From sequence record NC_070958.1: a DNA stretch of 64,000 bases; one strand, 5' to 3'. The position numbers and the translations under genes were made by a program. Below, piece by piece: positions 1 through 8,806 of this stretch (position 1 is its first letter; each line of letters starts with the position of its first letter). The notes beneath the pieces were generated by a model, which made no database searches, was not told where the DNA came from, and saw only the letters and a list, made by a program, of their open reading frames with translations.

Positions 1-168
1 GTTCTCACCAGGGACGGGTTCAAACGTTTCATGTTCCCCAGGGATATCATCAATGAGAATCCGGTATTAACAGAAGAGGAGTTAAAAGAATATGGGTTGA
101 AGCCCTATAAACCCGATAACGTTATCAAAGCGATAGAACGACGTAAACATCGTCAAAGTCTCGCTTAA
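1..168 (+). CDS. 3' end of an upstream gene truncated by the window edge (VLTRDGFKRF...RQSLA*)
   Basis: Frame 1 is open from base 1 to TAA at 166-168, just before the chaperonin RBS. Confidence 0.6.
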   Translation, partial: VLTRDGFKRFMFPRDIINENPVLTEEELKEYGLKPYKPDNVIKAIERRKHRQSLA

Positions 169-197
169 TCACAACACACTTAATAAAGGAACCAGAC

Positions 198-1826
198 ATG
201 TCCATTCTGAATGATGTAACTTATACCAACCGTGCCGGCACTCGTGAAATCATCGACGAGGTTGTTAAGGAGGCATTCGATAGCGTTTGCTCCACTATGG
301 GTCCGGATGGTAACTACGTCGTGATCAACCAATCCAACGTTCCGGTCACCACCAAGGACGGTGCTTCCGTAGCCAAGGCACTGGACTTCGGTGAAACCCG
401 TCGGAACATGATCGCACAACTGGTTCGCGAACCGAGCCTCCGAGTAGAGCGTGAAGTCGGTGATGGTACTACCACCACTGTCTTCATGACCACCAAGCTC
501 TATCAGGCGTTCTGTGACAACATGACTTTCCGTGAAATCCGTTTCATCGATTCCATGGTTGGTAAAGCGCTCGAGGCGCTCCGGAAACTGATCATCCCGG
601 TCAAAGCGAGCTCCCCCGAGTTTAAACTCATGTTGACTACCACTGCGAACTATGAGACCGAGATCGTTGAACGCATCCTGGAACTCTATCAGGGCGATGC
701 ACTCCCGAACATCACGCTTCGGAAGAATCCGAGCATTCCCGAGGATCGTGTTGAGCGTGTCACTGATCTCCGTTACAACGGTGCGTATCCGTCACCTGAA
801 ATTCAGGCTATGAGTAAAGCTCCTCGTAGTCGGATCACTTTTGGTGCCGGTACAACCGTGGTCGTGGTCGACAGTAACATCGAGACCATCCAGATGGGTG
901 ATCTGGCACGTTTGGCACAACCTGGTGGGGATCCGGTAGTTATCATCGCTACCAGCTTCTCTATGGCTGCTATCCAGGCTATCAAGGGTTACTACCAGAT
1001 GGCTAACGAAGAGGCACTGAAAGCACTCCAGGCTGATAAGAGTGCCAATGTCGCATTGACTGCACCTATTGTTCCGTTCACTGTTCAAGCAGGCGGGACT
1101 CTGGGGAAAGCAATGTTGCTGGAAATGGCACAACTGCTGGGTCTGACAACCGCGGTCGATCTGTCCAATGGTATCACCCTCGCCAAAGAGTGTGATGCTC
1201 CTTTCGTTCTGAGTCAAGACGGTGTGACCATTCCTCGGGAATGCGAGCATGTGGAAACTCGCCGGAAAGAGATGTTGGAAATCAACACCGCCCAGTACGA
1301 AGAGCTCGATCAAGCTACTCGTCAAAAGGCACCCGGCCTGATGCTGTTCGAACGCATCGGGATTCTTTCTGGCACCAACATCACTGTCAGTGTGACTGGC
1401 CAAACAGAAAGTGACTGTTCTGAACGTTACTATCGTTATGAGGACGTCATCACCGCTGCCCGTAGTTCACTCGGGTTCGGTGTACTTCCTGGTATCGGTT
1501 GGGGGTATCTGCAAGCAGCTAAAGAAGTCGAGGACCACTTTTACGAAGTGGGAATCACCCAGAACCAACGTATCCTGATGGATAAGTTCCTGGATGTTCT
1601 TCGTGCCCAGTACACCTACCTCACCGGTAATGTTTACCGTGACATGGATCGTGTCTCCTTCCTGGACCTCACCACTGGTGAAGAATCCAAGGATCCTGGC
1701 AAGGTCTATGATAACGCCGCTGCAACCTGTCTCGCTCTTGAGAGTGGTTGGGGCGCTGCCAAGACCCTTGGTAAACTGAGTACCATCACTGGTCGTGGTG
1801 ATACCAACTATCTCCACAAGCGTTAA
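198..1826 (+). CDS. groEL: Phage GroEL-like chaperonin (EL gp146 / OBP gp246 type)
   Basis: TMGPDG, TTKDGASVA, EVGDGTTTT, RYEDVITA and GVLPGIG match group I chaperonin motifs; 542 aa; no GGM tail; RBS AAGGA. Confidence 0.95.
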   Translation: MSILNDVTYTNRAGTREIIDEVVKEAFDSVCSTMGPDGNYVVINQSNVPVTTKDGASVAKALDFGETRRNMIAQLVREPSLRVEREVGDGTTTTVFMTTKLYQAFCDNMTFREIRFIDSMVGKALEALRKLIIPVKASSPEFKLMLTTTANYETEIVERILELYQGDALPNITLRKNPSIPEDRVERVTDLRYNGAYPSPEIQAMSKAPRSRITFGAGTTVVVVDSNIETIQMGDLARLAQPGGDPVVIIATSFSMAAIQAIKGYYQMANEEALKALQADKSANVALTAPIVPFTVQAGGTLGKAMLLEMAQLLGLTTAVDLSNGITLAKECDAPFVLSQDGVTIPRECEHVETRRKEMLEINTAQYEELDQATRQKAPGLMLFERIGILSGTNITVSVTGQTESDCSERYYRYEDVITAARSSLGFGVLPGIGWGYLQAAKEVEDHFYEVGITQNQRILMDKFLDVLRAQYTYLTGNVYRDMDRVSFLDLTTGEESKDPGKVYDNAAATCLALESGWGAAKTLGKLSTITGRGDTNYLHKR

Positions 1827-1832
1827 TTGAAA

Positions 1833-1852
1833 GGGAACCCTTCGGGGTTTCC
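1833..1852 (+). terminator. Intrinsic terminator after groEL
   Basis: GGGAACCC-TTCG-GGGTTTCC followed by a T-rich tract. Confidence 0.85.
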
Positions 1853-1928
1853 TCTCTTCTTTATATATTTTATTTTTGTCTCCAACCGGTATCTGTTGTA
1901 ACTCAATTACCAACTAAAGGAATGAGCG

Positions 1929-2771
1929 ATGTCTAAAGTGCATTTTATCTATGGTCCCATGAACAGTTCTAAGACCACCACTTTGATCACCACTGCGTAC
2001 AACTATCGTGAAGAAGCACAGAACCCGGTCATCATGAAACCTTCCCTGGATACTCGGGATGGCGTTGAACCGATGATAAAGTCTCGTCCTGGTCTGACCG
2101 CTGCCTGCCAACTTTTCGACAAGAGTGAGAATCTCTTCGTCAAGGTCGCTGGACTTTCTGGCGCTACTCAGGAAGAACTGAACTGGCTGGAAGAGAACCT
2201 CCCTCCTCGACCCGCACCGGATGTAGCCGAAATGGTCTCTGGTATCAGAACCGCCTGGATCAACAAGGGGGTGATGCTCAAGGACATCCTCCCTGGCTAT
2301 GACCAAAGTCGTCTTGACGAACTCAGCGAGATGCTGAAGACCCAGAAAGTCAGGGTGAAAGAATACCAGTACACCCGCCACCAAACTCTGGAACTCTTCG
2401 GGACCCGCATCAATAAAACCATCGACTGTGTTCTGGTTGATGAAGTTCAGTTCCTCACCGAGGAACAGGCCCTCGATCTCCTGGACATCGCCGATTATCT
2501 CCGTATCCCTGTAATGGCCTTTGGTCTCCGGAACGACTTCAAGGGGGAGATCTTCCCTGCCTCAAAGATCCTGATGGCACAGGCAGAAGTCTGTAAAGAG
2601 AACAAGGGTGTGTGCTGGTGTGGTCGTAAGGCTACCCACGTACTCCGCATCGCCGAAGATGGTACTGTGGATAGTGATGGTCCTCAGGTTAAGGTTGGTG
2701 GTAATGACACCTACAAATCTGTCTGCCGTTATCACCACCGCGCAGGTATGTATCGTAAACCAGGGATTTAA
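1929..2771 (+). CDS. tdk: Thymidine kinase (TK1/Tdk family) with an ~84-aa internal insertion
   Basis: P-loop GPMNSSKT, VLVDEVQFL, FGLRNDFKGEIF, Zn ligands VCWCG and VCRYH, lasso QVKVGGNDTY. Confidence 0.95.
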   Translation: MSKVHFIYGPMNSSKTTTLITTAYNYREEAQNPVIMKPSLDTRDGVEPMIKSRPGLTAACQLFDKSENLFVKVAGLSGATQEELNWLEENLPPRPAPDVAEMVSGIRTAWINKGVMLKDILPGYDQSRLDELSEMLKTQKVRVKEYQYTRHQTLELFGTRINKTIDCVLVDEVQFLTEEQALDLLDIADYLRIPVMAFGLRNDFKGEIFPASKILMAQAEVCKENKGVCWCGRKATHVLRIAEDGTVDSDGPQVKVGGNDTYKSVCRYHHRAGMYRKPGI

Positions 2772-2796
2772 TAGCTGAAGATTTAACATGGAGAAA

Positions 2797-2821
2797 ATTT
2801 CAGACCGATATTACTATAGTG
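2797..2821 (+). promoter_or_regulatory. Putative early (virion RNAP) promoter, copy 1
   Basis: ATTTCAGACCGATATTACTATAGTG; matches the 25-nt motif seen at 7 intergenic sites. Confidence 0.8.
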
Positions 2822-2870
2822 AAGATACATAGGGTATCTCATTAATGTAACTACATCGGAGAAATATAAC

Positions 2871-3560
2871 ATGGCTATCATCACTATCAAATCTGTATCC
2901 CTGGTTGGCGTTTCCAAGTTCGTTCGTGCCTTCGCCTTTGACGAAGATAAGATGGGTGTTCACCAGGCCATCATGGAAACTCCTGAGTATAAGGAGCTTT
3001 CCAAACTGACCGATATGAGTCAGTATGACAAAGACGTTTGTGCAATGGACTACGAAATCAAATTCGAATCCATCCGTCACAAACATCATCCGCTGAACAA
3101 TCAAACTCTGCGTCAGCAAGTCTGGTACACCACCCTGGAAATCGTTAAAGAGGAGAAGATCAAATTGGAACCCATCGAAATCAAAGTACCGCGTATCAAG
3201 GTTGAAAGCTACACCCGTGAACTGGACTTCGGTCGTCGGTACCGCAGCCTGCACGCCAACAAGATCACCAAGTCCAAGAACTACACCGGTATGGCTGTAG
3301 GTGCCCTGGCTGCCGTTGGTCTGGAAGTGCTGGCTGAAGACAGCAATGCCGCATCCATCGTAGCGGCTGCTGCCGGTGCTGGACTGGGTGCCCTGGCTGT
3401 ATCCAACGCCGCCGACATGATGGACGACAACCTGGCCAACTCTGCACTGCTGGGTCTGTACACTATGTCCGCCGGGATCATGTTCGGTCGCATCACCGCT
3501 GTACTGACTGCCGATAAAGAAGTCGAGCAGGTTTCAGCAGAATACGCCGACGAGCTGTAA
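2871..3560 (+). CDS. Hypothetical early protein with three C-terminal Gly/Ala-rich hydrophobic helices
   Basis: 229 aa, RBS GGAGA, phage-like codon use; GMAVGALAAVG, AAAAGAGLGALAV and LLGLYTMSAGIMFG segments. Confidence 0.8.
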   Translation: MAIITIKSVSLVGVSKFVRAFAFDEDKMGVHQAIMETPEYKELSKLTDMSQYDKDVCAMDYEIKFESIRHKHHPLNNQTLRQQVWYTTLEIVKEEKIKLEPIEIKVPRIKVESYTRELDFGRRYRSLHANKITKSKNYTGMAVGALAAVGLEVLAEDSNAASIVAAAAGAGLGALAVSNAADMMDDNLANSALLGLYTMSAGIMFGRITAVLTADKEVEQVSAEYADEL

Positions 3561-3565
3561 GAAAT

Positions 3566-3592
3566 ATCCCTCCTGCCATTGGCAGGAGGGAT
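3566..3592 (+). terminator. Intrinsic terminator
   Basis: ATCCCTCCTGCC-ATT-GGCAGGAGGGAT then a T-rich tract. Confidence 0.85.
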
Positions 3593-3683
3593 TCTTATTT
3601 CACATTTAATTTTTCATTATATGAACTCCGCATCCTTTCTATTGGGAGAGTGCGACTCATAACTTTTGCACAAGGATATACGA

Positions 3684-4292
3684 ATGCAATCAGTTAACCT
3701 GAAGAAACCCGTGGACTACTTCATCAATATTCTTCGTGAATATCGTCCGATGTCTCTGTTCGAGGACACTCCCGACAACAAGGATATCATCCTGTCCAAC
3801 TGGACTACCGACGCCGATGGCGTTAGCGATGTTGTGGTTCGTTCCGAAGTAACCGCCAACCAAAAGACCGAACAAGTCAAGTTCCAAGCAGGCACCCTGC
3901 TGGGAATGTTGCGTGGCGTTACCAAGGAATACACCGAGGAAGGTGTCGATGTCGGCCTGTACCTCATCGAGAACGAGCTCGCGCTCTTTATCGAAGAAGG
4001 TAACCAGGATTTCGTAGCCGCACTGGAATGCACTGGCTATCAGTTCGATGAAGGCAACCTCAGCTTTGGTAGCTCCCCCGAGGGTGACGAAGATGTGGCC
4101 GTCGCTGGTATTCTCCACATCGAGTATCCCTTTGTGGTCGGTAAGATCCCCGTCTATGTGATCGCCGATGCCCCGGTAGAAGAGGAATCCGAAGAACCCT
4201 CCCAGGAGGAAGAGAAGGAAGTCACTCAACAACCGGTACAGAAACAACATTACGGTCATCAAGGCCGTAAGAACAAACAAAAGCACAACTGA
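3684..4292 (+). CDS. Hypothetical acidic protein
   Basis: ATG at 3684 follows RBS AAGGA and is preferred to the TTG at 3666; Glu-rich then basic C-terminal tail. Confidence 0.8.
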   Translation: MQSVNLKKPVDYFINILREYRPMSLFEDTPDNKDIILSNWTTDADGVSDVVVRSEVTANQKTEQVKFQAGTLLGMLRGVTKEYTEEGVDVGLYLIENELALFIEEGNQDFVAALECTGYQFDEGNLSFGSSPEGDEDVAVAGILHIEYPFVVGKIPVYVIADAPVEEESEEPSQEEEKEVTQQPVQKQHYGHQGRKNKQKHN

Positions 4293-4321
4293 TCATTGAT
4301 GCTTATTAGTTAACACGCACA

Positions 4322-4355
4322 AATACCAAGGCTGGGGGAACCCGGTCTTGGTATT
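4322..4355 (+). terminator. Intrinsic terminator
   Basis: AATACCAAGGCTGGG-GGAA-CCCGGTCTTGGTATT. Confidence 0.8.
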
Positions 4356-4375
4356 AACTTTCTATGTCCTATTTA

Positions 4376-4400
4376 TTTATAGATCGATATTATTACAGTG
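4376..4400 (+). promoter_or_regulatory. Putative early promoter, copy 2
   Basis: TTTATAGATCGATATTATTACAGTG. Confidence 0.8.
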
Positions 4401-4468
4401 ACGAACAACTCCATGTTCATTCAATGCAGTCATACGTACTGTCAACCATAACGTATTAGAGGTCTATT

Positions 4469-5200
4469 ATGATTAACGAACAAATGCTTGCTGGTGCCAT
4501 TCGTAAGGCGATCGAACCCCTGACTTCAATCGAGGATAACAACCTCTTTATGTTTGAAGTGGGTCAAGTACTCTGTCGGTTTAAAACCAACGTTTACATG
4601 ATGTTGGACGAAGACATGTGTTGCCGAGATCCCAACGAACTGATTAACTTTGTCATCACTGCCGGTGCGGACGTTGTTAATGCTGGCGGGTACACTGAGA
4701 TCATTAAACGTGACCGAACCGTTCTTCGGATTTCTGGTGTTCATGATTACGGTGCGACTACCCTGGAACAGGGACACGAGTTCTTGTACAACGAAGATAT
4801 CAGCGATCTCATCCCTGCCGACCGTTTGGTCAGAATGCACGATACCCATTTCATGAGTGCGCGTCAAGAAGGGGAAGGTGCGCCCAAGAACGATCTGGAA
4901 CGATTCGAATCCTTAGGGTTCAATCTGGAAAGTGCTCACGGCTATCATTTCAACACTGATCGTTTCCTGGATTCCAGGGCCACTGTAAGTATGACTATCA
5001 GTGGTCGTGTCTTCGCTGCGGCGTACGCTAAGAAGCGTCGTGAAACAGCCGAACGTCATCCTGGGTCTGAAGGTCGTTATCTCAGCCAGGGTCGTGAAGC
5101 TAATCGGTTGCAACGACTGGAAGATGAAAGTAATCCTGTTCCGGAAGAACGTCCTGGTCTTTCCGGCCGTCAGTTCCACATGCAATTCATGGCTAAGTAA
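4469..5200 (+). CDS. Hypothetical protein
   Basis: 243-aa ORF, RBS GAGG, downstream of an early promoter. Confidence 0.8.
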   Translation: MINEQMLAGAIRKAIEPLTSIEDNNLFMFEVGQVLCRFKTNVYMMLDEDMCCRDPNELINFVITAGADVVNAGGYTEIIKRDRTVLRISGVHDYGATTLEQGHEFLYNEDISDLIPADRLVRMHDTHFMSARQEGEGAPKNDLERFESLGFNLESAHGYHFNTDRFLDSRATVSMTISGRVFAAAYAKKRRETAERHPGSEGRYLSQGREANRLQRLEDESNPVPEERPGLSGRQFHMQFMAK

Positions 5201-5209
5201 GGAATACAA

Positions 5210-5776
5210 ATGAGTAATCTCGTAATCTTAGAAACCAAGGGCAGGGGCTTTTGGAAACCCGTAATTTCCGAAGATGGTGCTAAATGGATCGAAACAAATA
5301 TCCCTCCTCACTTTGGTTCCATCCAAGCACACTCCACAATCATGTCGGTGGGCTATCACTGGAAGAAACATGCTGTACTGTTTAGCATCATGGGCACCTT
5401 GCGTGGATACGACATCTTTATTAACGCATGGTCCCTTACAACCGACACCTGTACTCCTCGTCTGGTAAGAGTAAGGTTGGAAGGTCAACCACTTGGATGG
5501 CTTTCCAAAGAGGAATCCCTGCGGTACCTCAAACGTTGGTTGTTGAGTGAAGGGCTCTACACAGTGGCAGGTTATCCTCCCAGAACCAGGAAGATGATCT
5601 ATCAGATGCTGGAGGAGATAAAGGATGATCATGTAACCACTTACTACCCTGGCTATCTATACAGGCTAAGTAAACATCATGGTCGTTGGCGTTTATCTCA
5701 CGACGGAAAAGTTTGCCTGGATATCAATCATCTCAATCAAATCACTCAAGCCAATCTGTACCATTTGGCCGTGTAA
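5210..5776 (+). CDS. Hypothetical protein
   Basis: 188-aa ORF, RBS AAGGA overlapping the upstream stop. Confidence 0.75.
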   Translation: MSNLVILETKGRGFWKPVISEDGAKWIETNIPPHFGSIQAHSTIMSVGYHWKKHAVLFSIMGTLRGYDIFINAWSLTTDTCTPRLVRVRLEGQPLGWLSKEESLRYLKRWLLSEGLYTVAGYPPRTRKMIYQMLEEIKDDHVTTYYPGYLYRLSKHHGRWRLSHDGKVCLDINHLNQITQANLYHLAV

Positions 5777-5785
5777 GGAATAACC

Positions 5786-6226
5786 ATGTTAAAAGACCCG
5801 GTAGTCGTTTACACCGATCCAGAGAAAACCATCATCAGTACTCACGGTGAAAATCTAGCCCAGAAAGACTTTGGTCTTTATAACAGTATAAGTGAATTCA
5901 GAAGAGAGGGGTTCAAAACACCCGATCAGATCAGATCAATTCTGGATAGGGGTGGTTTCTCGTTACGTCGTCGGGTTGATGGCAAGAAAGGATTCATTCT
6001 TGAACGCAAGTTTGGATTTACCCACATCGGGGTCATTGAAGAAATAGTGATGGAAGAAAACACCATGGCTGTTTTAGGTTGGGAAGTTCGTCAAGATAGC
6101 CATGATAAGATTTTCATTAAAGAGATCAGACATGAAGTAGGTCGCGGTAGCGAAGACTTCAACCCTCGGAAGGGATGGCTCTGTGATGTAATCTCCTTCA
6201 GTGTGTTGCTGGATGAACTTTTGTGA
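5786..6226 (+). CDS. Hypothetical protein
   Basis: 146-aa ORF, RBS AAGGA. Confidence 0.75.
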   Translation: MLKDPVVVYTDPEKTIISTHGENLAQKDFGLYNSISEFRREGFKTPDQIRSILDRGGFSLRRRVDGKKGFILERKFGFTHIGVIEEIVMEENTMAVLGWEVRQDSHDKIFIKEIRHEVGRGSEDFNPRKGWLCDVISFSVLLDELL

Positions 6227-6238
6227 TAACGTAATAAA

Positions 6239-6269
6239 CCCCTACCCCATCCTTTCGGTGGGGTAGGGG
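6239..6269. terminator. Bidirectional terminator between convergent genes (near-identical copy at 24204-24234)
   Basis: CCCCTACCCCATCCTTTCGGTGGGGTAGGGG, flanked by AATAAA and TCTTTATT. Confidence 0.85.
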
Positions 6270-6276
6270 GTCTTTA

Positions 6277-6927
6277 TTAAGGATTATTTTTGATTACGTC
6301 TTCCAACTCTTTGACGTATGTCTGGAGTTCGAGGATTTGCTGACGTTGTTGTTCAATGATGATCGTTGCCGACGGCTCATCAGTGATGCGATTTTGGCGA
6401 GACTGTTCCCATGCCTCTGCTTCCAATTTGGAAACGTATCCACGGGTAGGTACGGTAGTCACAACCACGTTAGGGTTCTGAATCCCGAATGCACCTTTCA
6501 GATACTCGTCAATGTACGCAACGGCATTATTGACACGATCTTTCAGGTGTGGTGGGCAGGAACCCAGGTCGGCCACAATGCCAACACGCTCATAGATCAC
6601 ACCATCCGCCACTGGGAACGATTTGATGTAAGTAGAGAGCACATAGGTGGGACCACGACCACGACTCGCCAGAGAGACAACTACAGCGTTTTGCGAGATA
6701 GCCGTTTCAATCTGGCTGTTCACTTCACTTACATGGTTCGGGTCATCTTTGCTATACCCGAGCGGTTCGTAAATGATTTTGAACAGATCCAGTTTGAGCG
6801 CCTGCATCTCAGGGATCGTTCGGTTAGCCTCGACAGAATAGAAGACGTCTTCTTTTACCACTTTGTCGAACGGAGCTTCTGCTACGAACTTACCAGCTGC
6901 TCTGATCGACGGAATGTTATTCGTCAT
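6277..6927 (-). CDS. Probable virion structural protein conserved in phiKZ-like phages
   Basis: 216 aa, overlaps the upstream structural gene, C-terminal coiled coil; family call is from recalled synteny. Confidence 0.55.
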   Translation of the reverse strand: MTNNIPSIRAAGKFVAEAPFDKVVKEDVFYSVEANRTIPEMQALKLDLFKIIYEPLGYSKDDPNHVSEVNSQIETAISQNAVVVSLASRGRGPTYVLSTYIKSFPVADGVIYERVGIVADLGSCPPHLKDRVNNAVAYIDEYLKGAFGIQNPNVVVTTVPTRGYVSKLEAEAWEQSRQNRITDEPSATIIIEQQRQQILELQTYVKELEDVIKNNP

Positions 6928-8254
6928 CTACAAGACCGTCCTTAATGAATTGATAGCGAGTCGCCATAGTGATCTTGGCAACGCTACTACGTTTTGTCAG
7001 GTACATCCGACCACCGATAGTCACCCGCTGCATACCTGCCGGAGGGAGGTCTGTCGGACGGTTGACTTCCGCAGCAGCCAGCATGGATTCCAAGTCGAAC
7101 ACGAACTGGTGAGTCTCTTTACTCATGTAACCAGCCTGGCTGTCGTCGGACGGAATCAGTTGGTAATCAGGGAATACCTGACGGATGTGGATGCGACCTT
7201 GGTTGTTCCGGGGCTTGCCTACAAAGGACACCGATGCCGATTTATAGAGGGAAGGAACGATCTGGAGGGATTTTATGATATCATCCTCTGCGTAGAAGTC
7301 AGCGTACTTCTTCGCAAGTGCATCTCCACCTTGGAAAGTAAAGATAGGACTCAGAGTAGAACCTCTCTGTGTCTCGTTCAACAATGCAAGCTCATTCCAG
7401 TGAGGAATGGCGATGAACTCCAGTGGGTTAAACAAGTCTGGTATGACTTCCTCCCACTTGGTTTCGGGGTGCTTGGAGTTGGAGAGAATACAGTTTCGGA
7501 TCGCCTCAAATGTTTCTTCTTCGGCGTCGTTCGGGTTCCCGTAATAAATCACCGTCCAAACAGCTTTATTGAACTTCGGCTTGTTGATCAAGTCGTAGAC
7601 ATTAAAGGTGTAAGTGGTGCGCAGTGTGTACGGATCGGTTTTACCAACCAGGGCATCAACGCGATCTTGGACCTTATCGGTGGTTTCTTCGTACAGACGG
7701 TTTTGCACTTCTTTATAGTTGTGCCCTGCCAGATAGTCGATGTCACCAGGAGGGATAGGACCAACGACGTAGATCTCCCGGTACGGGAACTCCAGAGCAA
7801 AGGCGGCATTAGCCATCCAGATTTTGAACTCGTGGACCACCCCACCTGCTTCATAGGTGAAGTTAATGCTGGAGGGTAACCAGATAGTGCTATTGGTCAC
7901 CATCTCACCAACACTCTTCCAAACCCATCCTTTCGAGAAATTGGTCTTGAGAGCTTGGAGACAGATATTGGAATCATCAGTGATGTTTCCCTTCTTCGCC
8001 TCGTTGTACAGCCAGTCCAGCATCGTGAGAACCGGGTCTTGGTGACTCGTCGGAATCTGCTCATAGCGGTTTTCCGGGGAGTCCAATTTAACACCACGGA
8101 ATCCAACCAACAGAACGGGACTGTCTTTCTTGAAATAGAAGTCAGGTTCCTTCGCATAGGTTTTGGTCTTATTGGTCAACTCACCGATTGGTGAGTTAGA
8201 ACCATTCCTTACCAAACCCGCCACTTCCGCGAAGCAACTGTAGAGGTTACTCAT
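6917..8254 (-). CDS. Probable virion structural protein (phiKZ gp157-like)
   Basis: 445 aa; N-terminal PIGELTNKTKTYAKE pattern and position next to the RNase H-like gene resemble the phiKZ-family protein from memory. Confidence 0.6.
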   Translation of the reverse strand: MSNLYSCFAEVAGLVRNGSNSPIGELTNKTKTYAKEPDFYFKKDSPVLLVGFRGVKLDSPENRYEQIPTSHQDPVLTMLDWLYNEAKKGNITDDSNICLQALKTNFSKGWVWKSVGEMVTNSTIWLPSSINFTYEAGGVVHEFKIWMANAAFALEFPYREIYVVGPIPPGDIDYLAGHNYKEVQNRLYEETTDKVQDRVDALVGKTDPYTLRTTYTFNVYDLINKPKFNKAVWTVIYYGNPNDAEEETFEAIRNCILSNSKHPETKWEEVIPDLFNPLEFIAIPHWNELALLNETQRGSTLSPIFTFQGGDALAKKYADFYAEDDIIKSLQIVPSLYKSASVSFVGKPRNNQGRIHIRQVFPDYQLIPSDDSQAGYMSKETHQFVFDLESMLAAAEVNRPTDLPPAGMQRVTIGGRMYLTKRSSVAKITMATRYQFIKDGLVDDE

Positions 8255-8297
8255 ACTTTTTGATCCTCAGGTTATTGTACAATGAATAGGGTGTGAA

Positions 8298-8732
8298 TTG
8301 ATAAAATGGTGGAACATAAAAATGTGGTTCGTGATAAGGGAGGTAACAGACCGGTTCGTTTTGAACCGGGTGGTAAACTGGGCGTCTGATAAGACCCAGA
8401 AACACCTTGTCGGTAGCCTTTCCGGTGCCGTTGTGTTCTGTGTGTTCTTACTCATGATTCTGGCTAACGTTTCCGTTAAAGCCATGACTCTGTGGTATGA
8501 ACGCCGAGCTCTTCTCGACAACTTGACTCATGTAGAGGCAAGAATGTTAGACGTGCAAGAGAACACGAATCTCTTTATCGGTGTACTCCATGAGACGAAT
8601 GAATCTAAACAGGCTTTGATCGCTGACAACATCAAGTTGAAAAATGACCTTAGCTTGTTGATGCTTCGTAACAAGGAGTTGGTAAAGAGAAATCGGCTGC
8701 TTGAAAAGGAGTTAGATCTCTCCCAGAAATAA
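8298..8732 (+). CDS. Single-pass membrane protein with a C-terminal coiled coil
   Basis: Hydrophobic LVGSLSGAVVFCVFLLMILANVSV followed by a heptad-rich tail; TTG start is uncertain. Confidence 0.6.
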   Translation: MIKWWNIKMWFVIREVTDRFVLNRVVNWASDKTQKHLVGSLSGAVVFCVFLLMILANVSVKAMTLWYERRALLDNLTHVEARMLDVQENTNLFIGVLHETNESKQALIADNIKLKNDLSLLMLRNKELVKRNRLLEKELDLSQK

Positions 8733-8806
8733 AGTGATCTAAATAAAATTTCACTCAAAGAAGAATCGGTTGTCCCATAGTTAAACCCAACGTGCAGGTA
8801 TAAACA

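Noticed and set aside
2157-2408. Possible intein in thymidine kinase
   Set aside because: No C-terminal His-Asn followed by Cys/Ser/Thr, no block B TxxH, and too short; treated as a plain insertion
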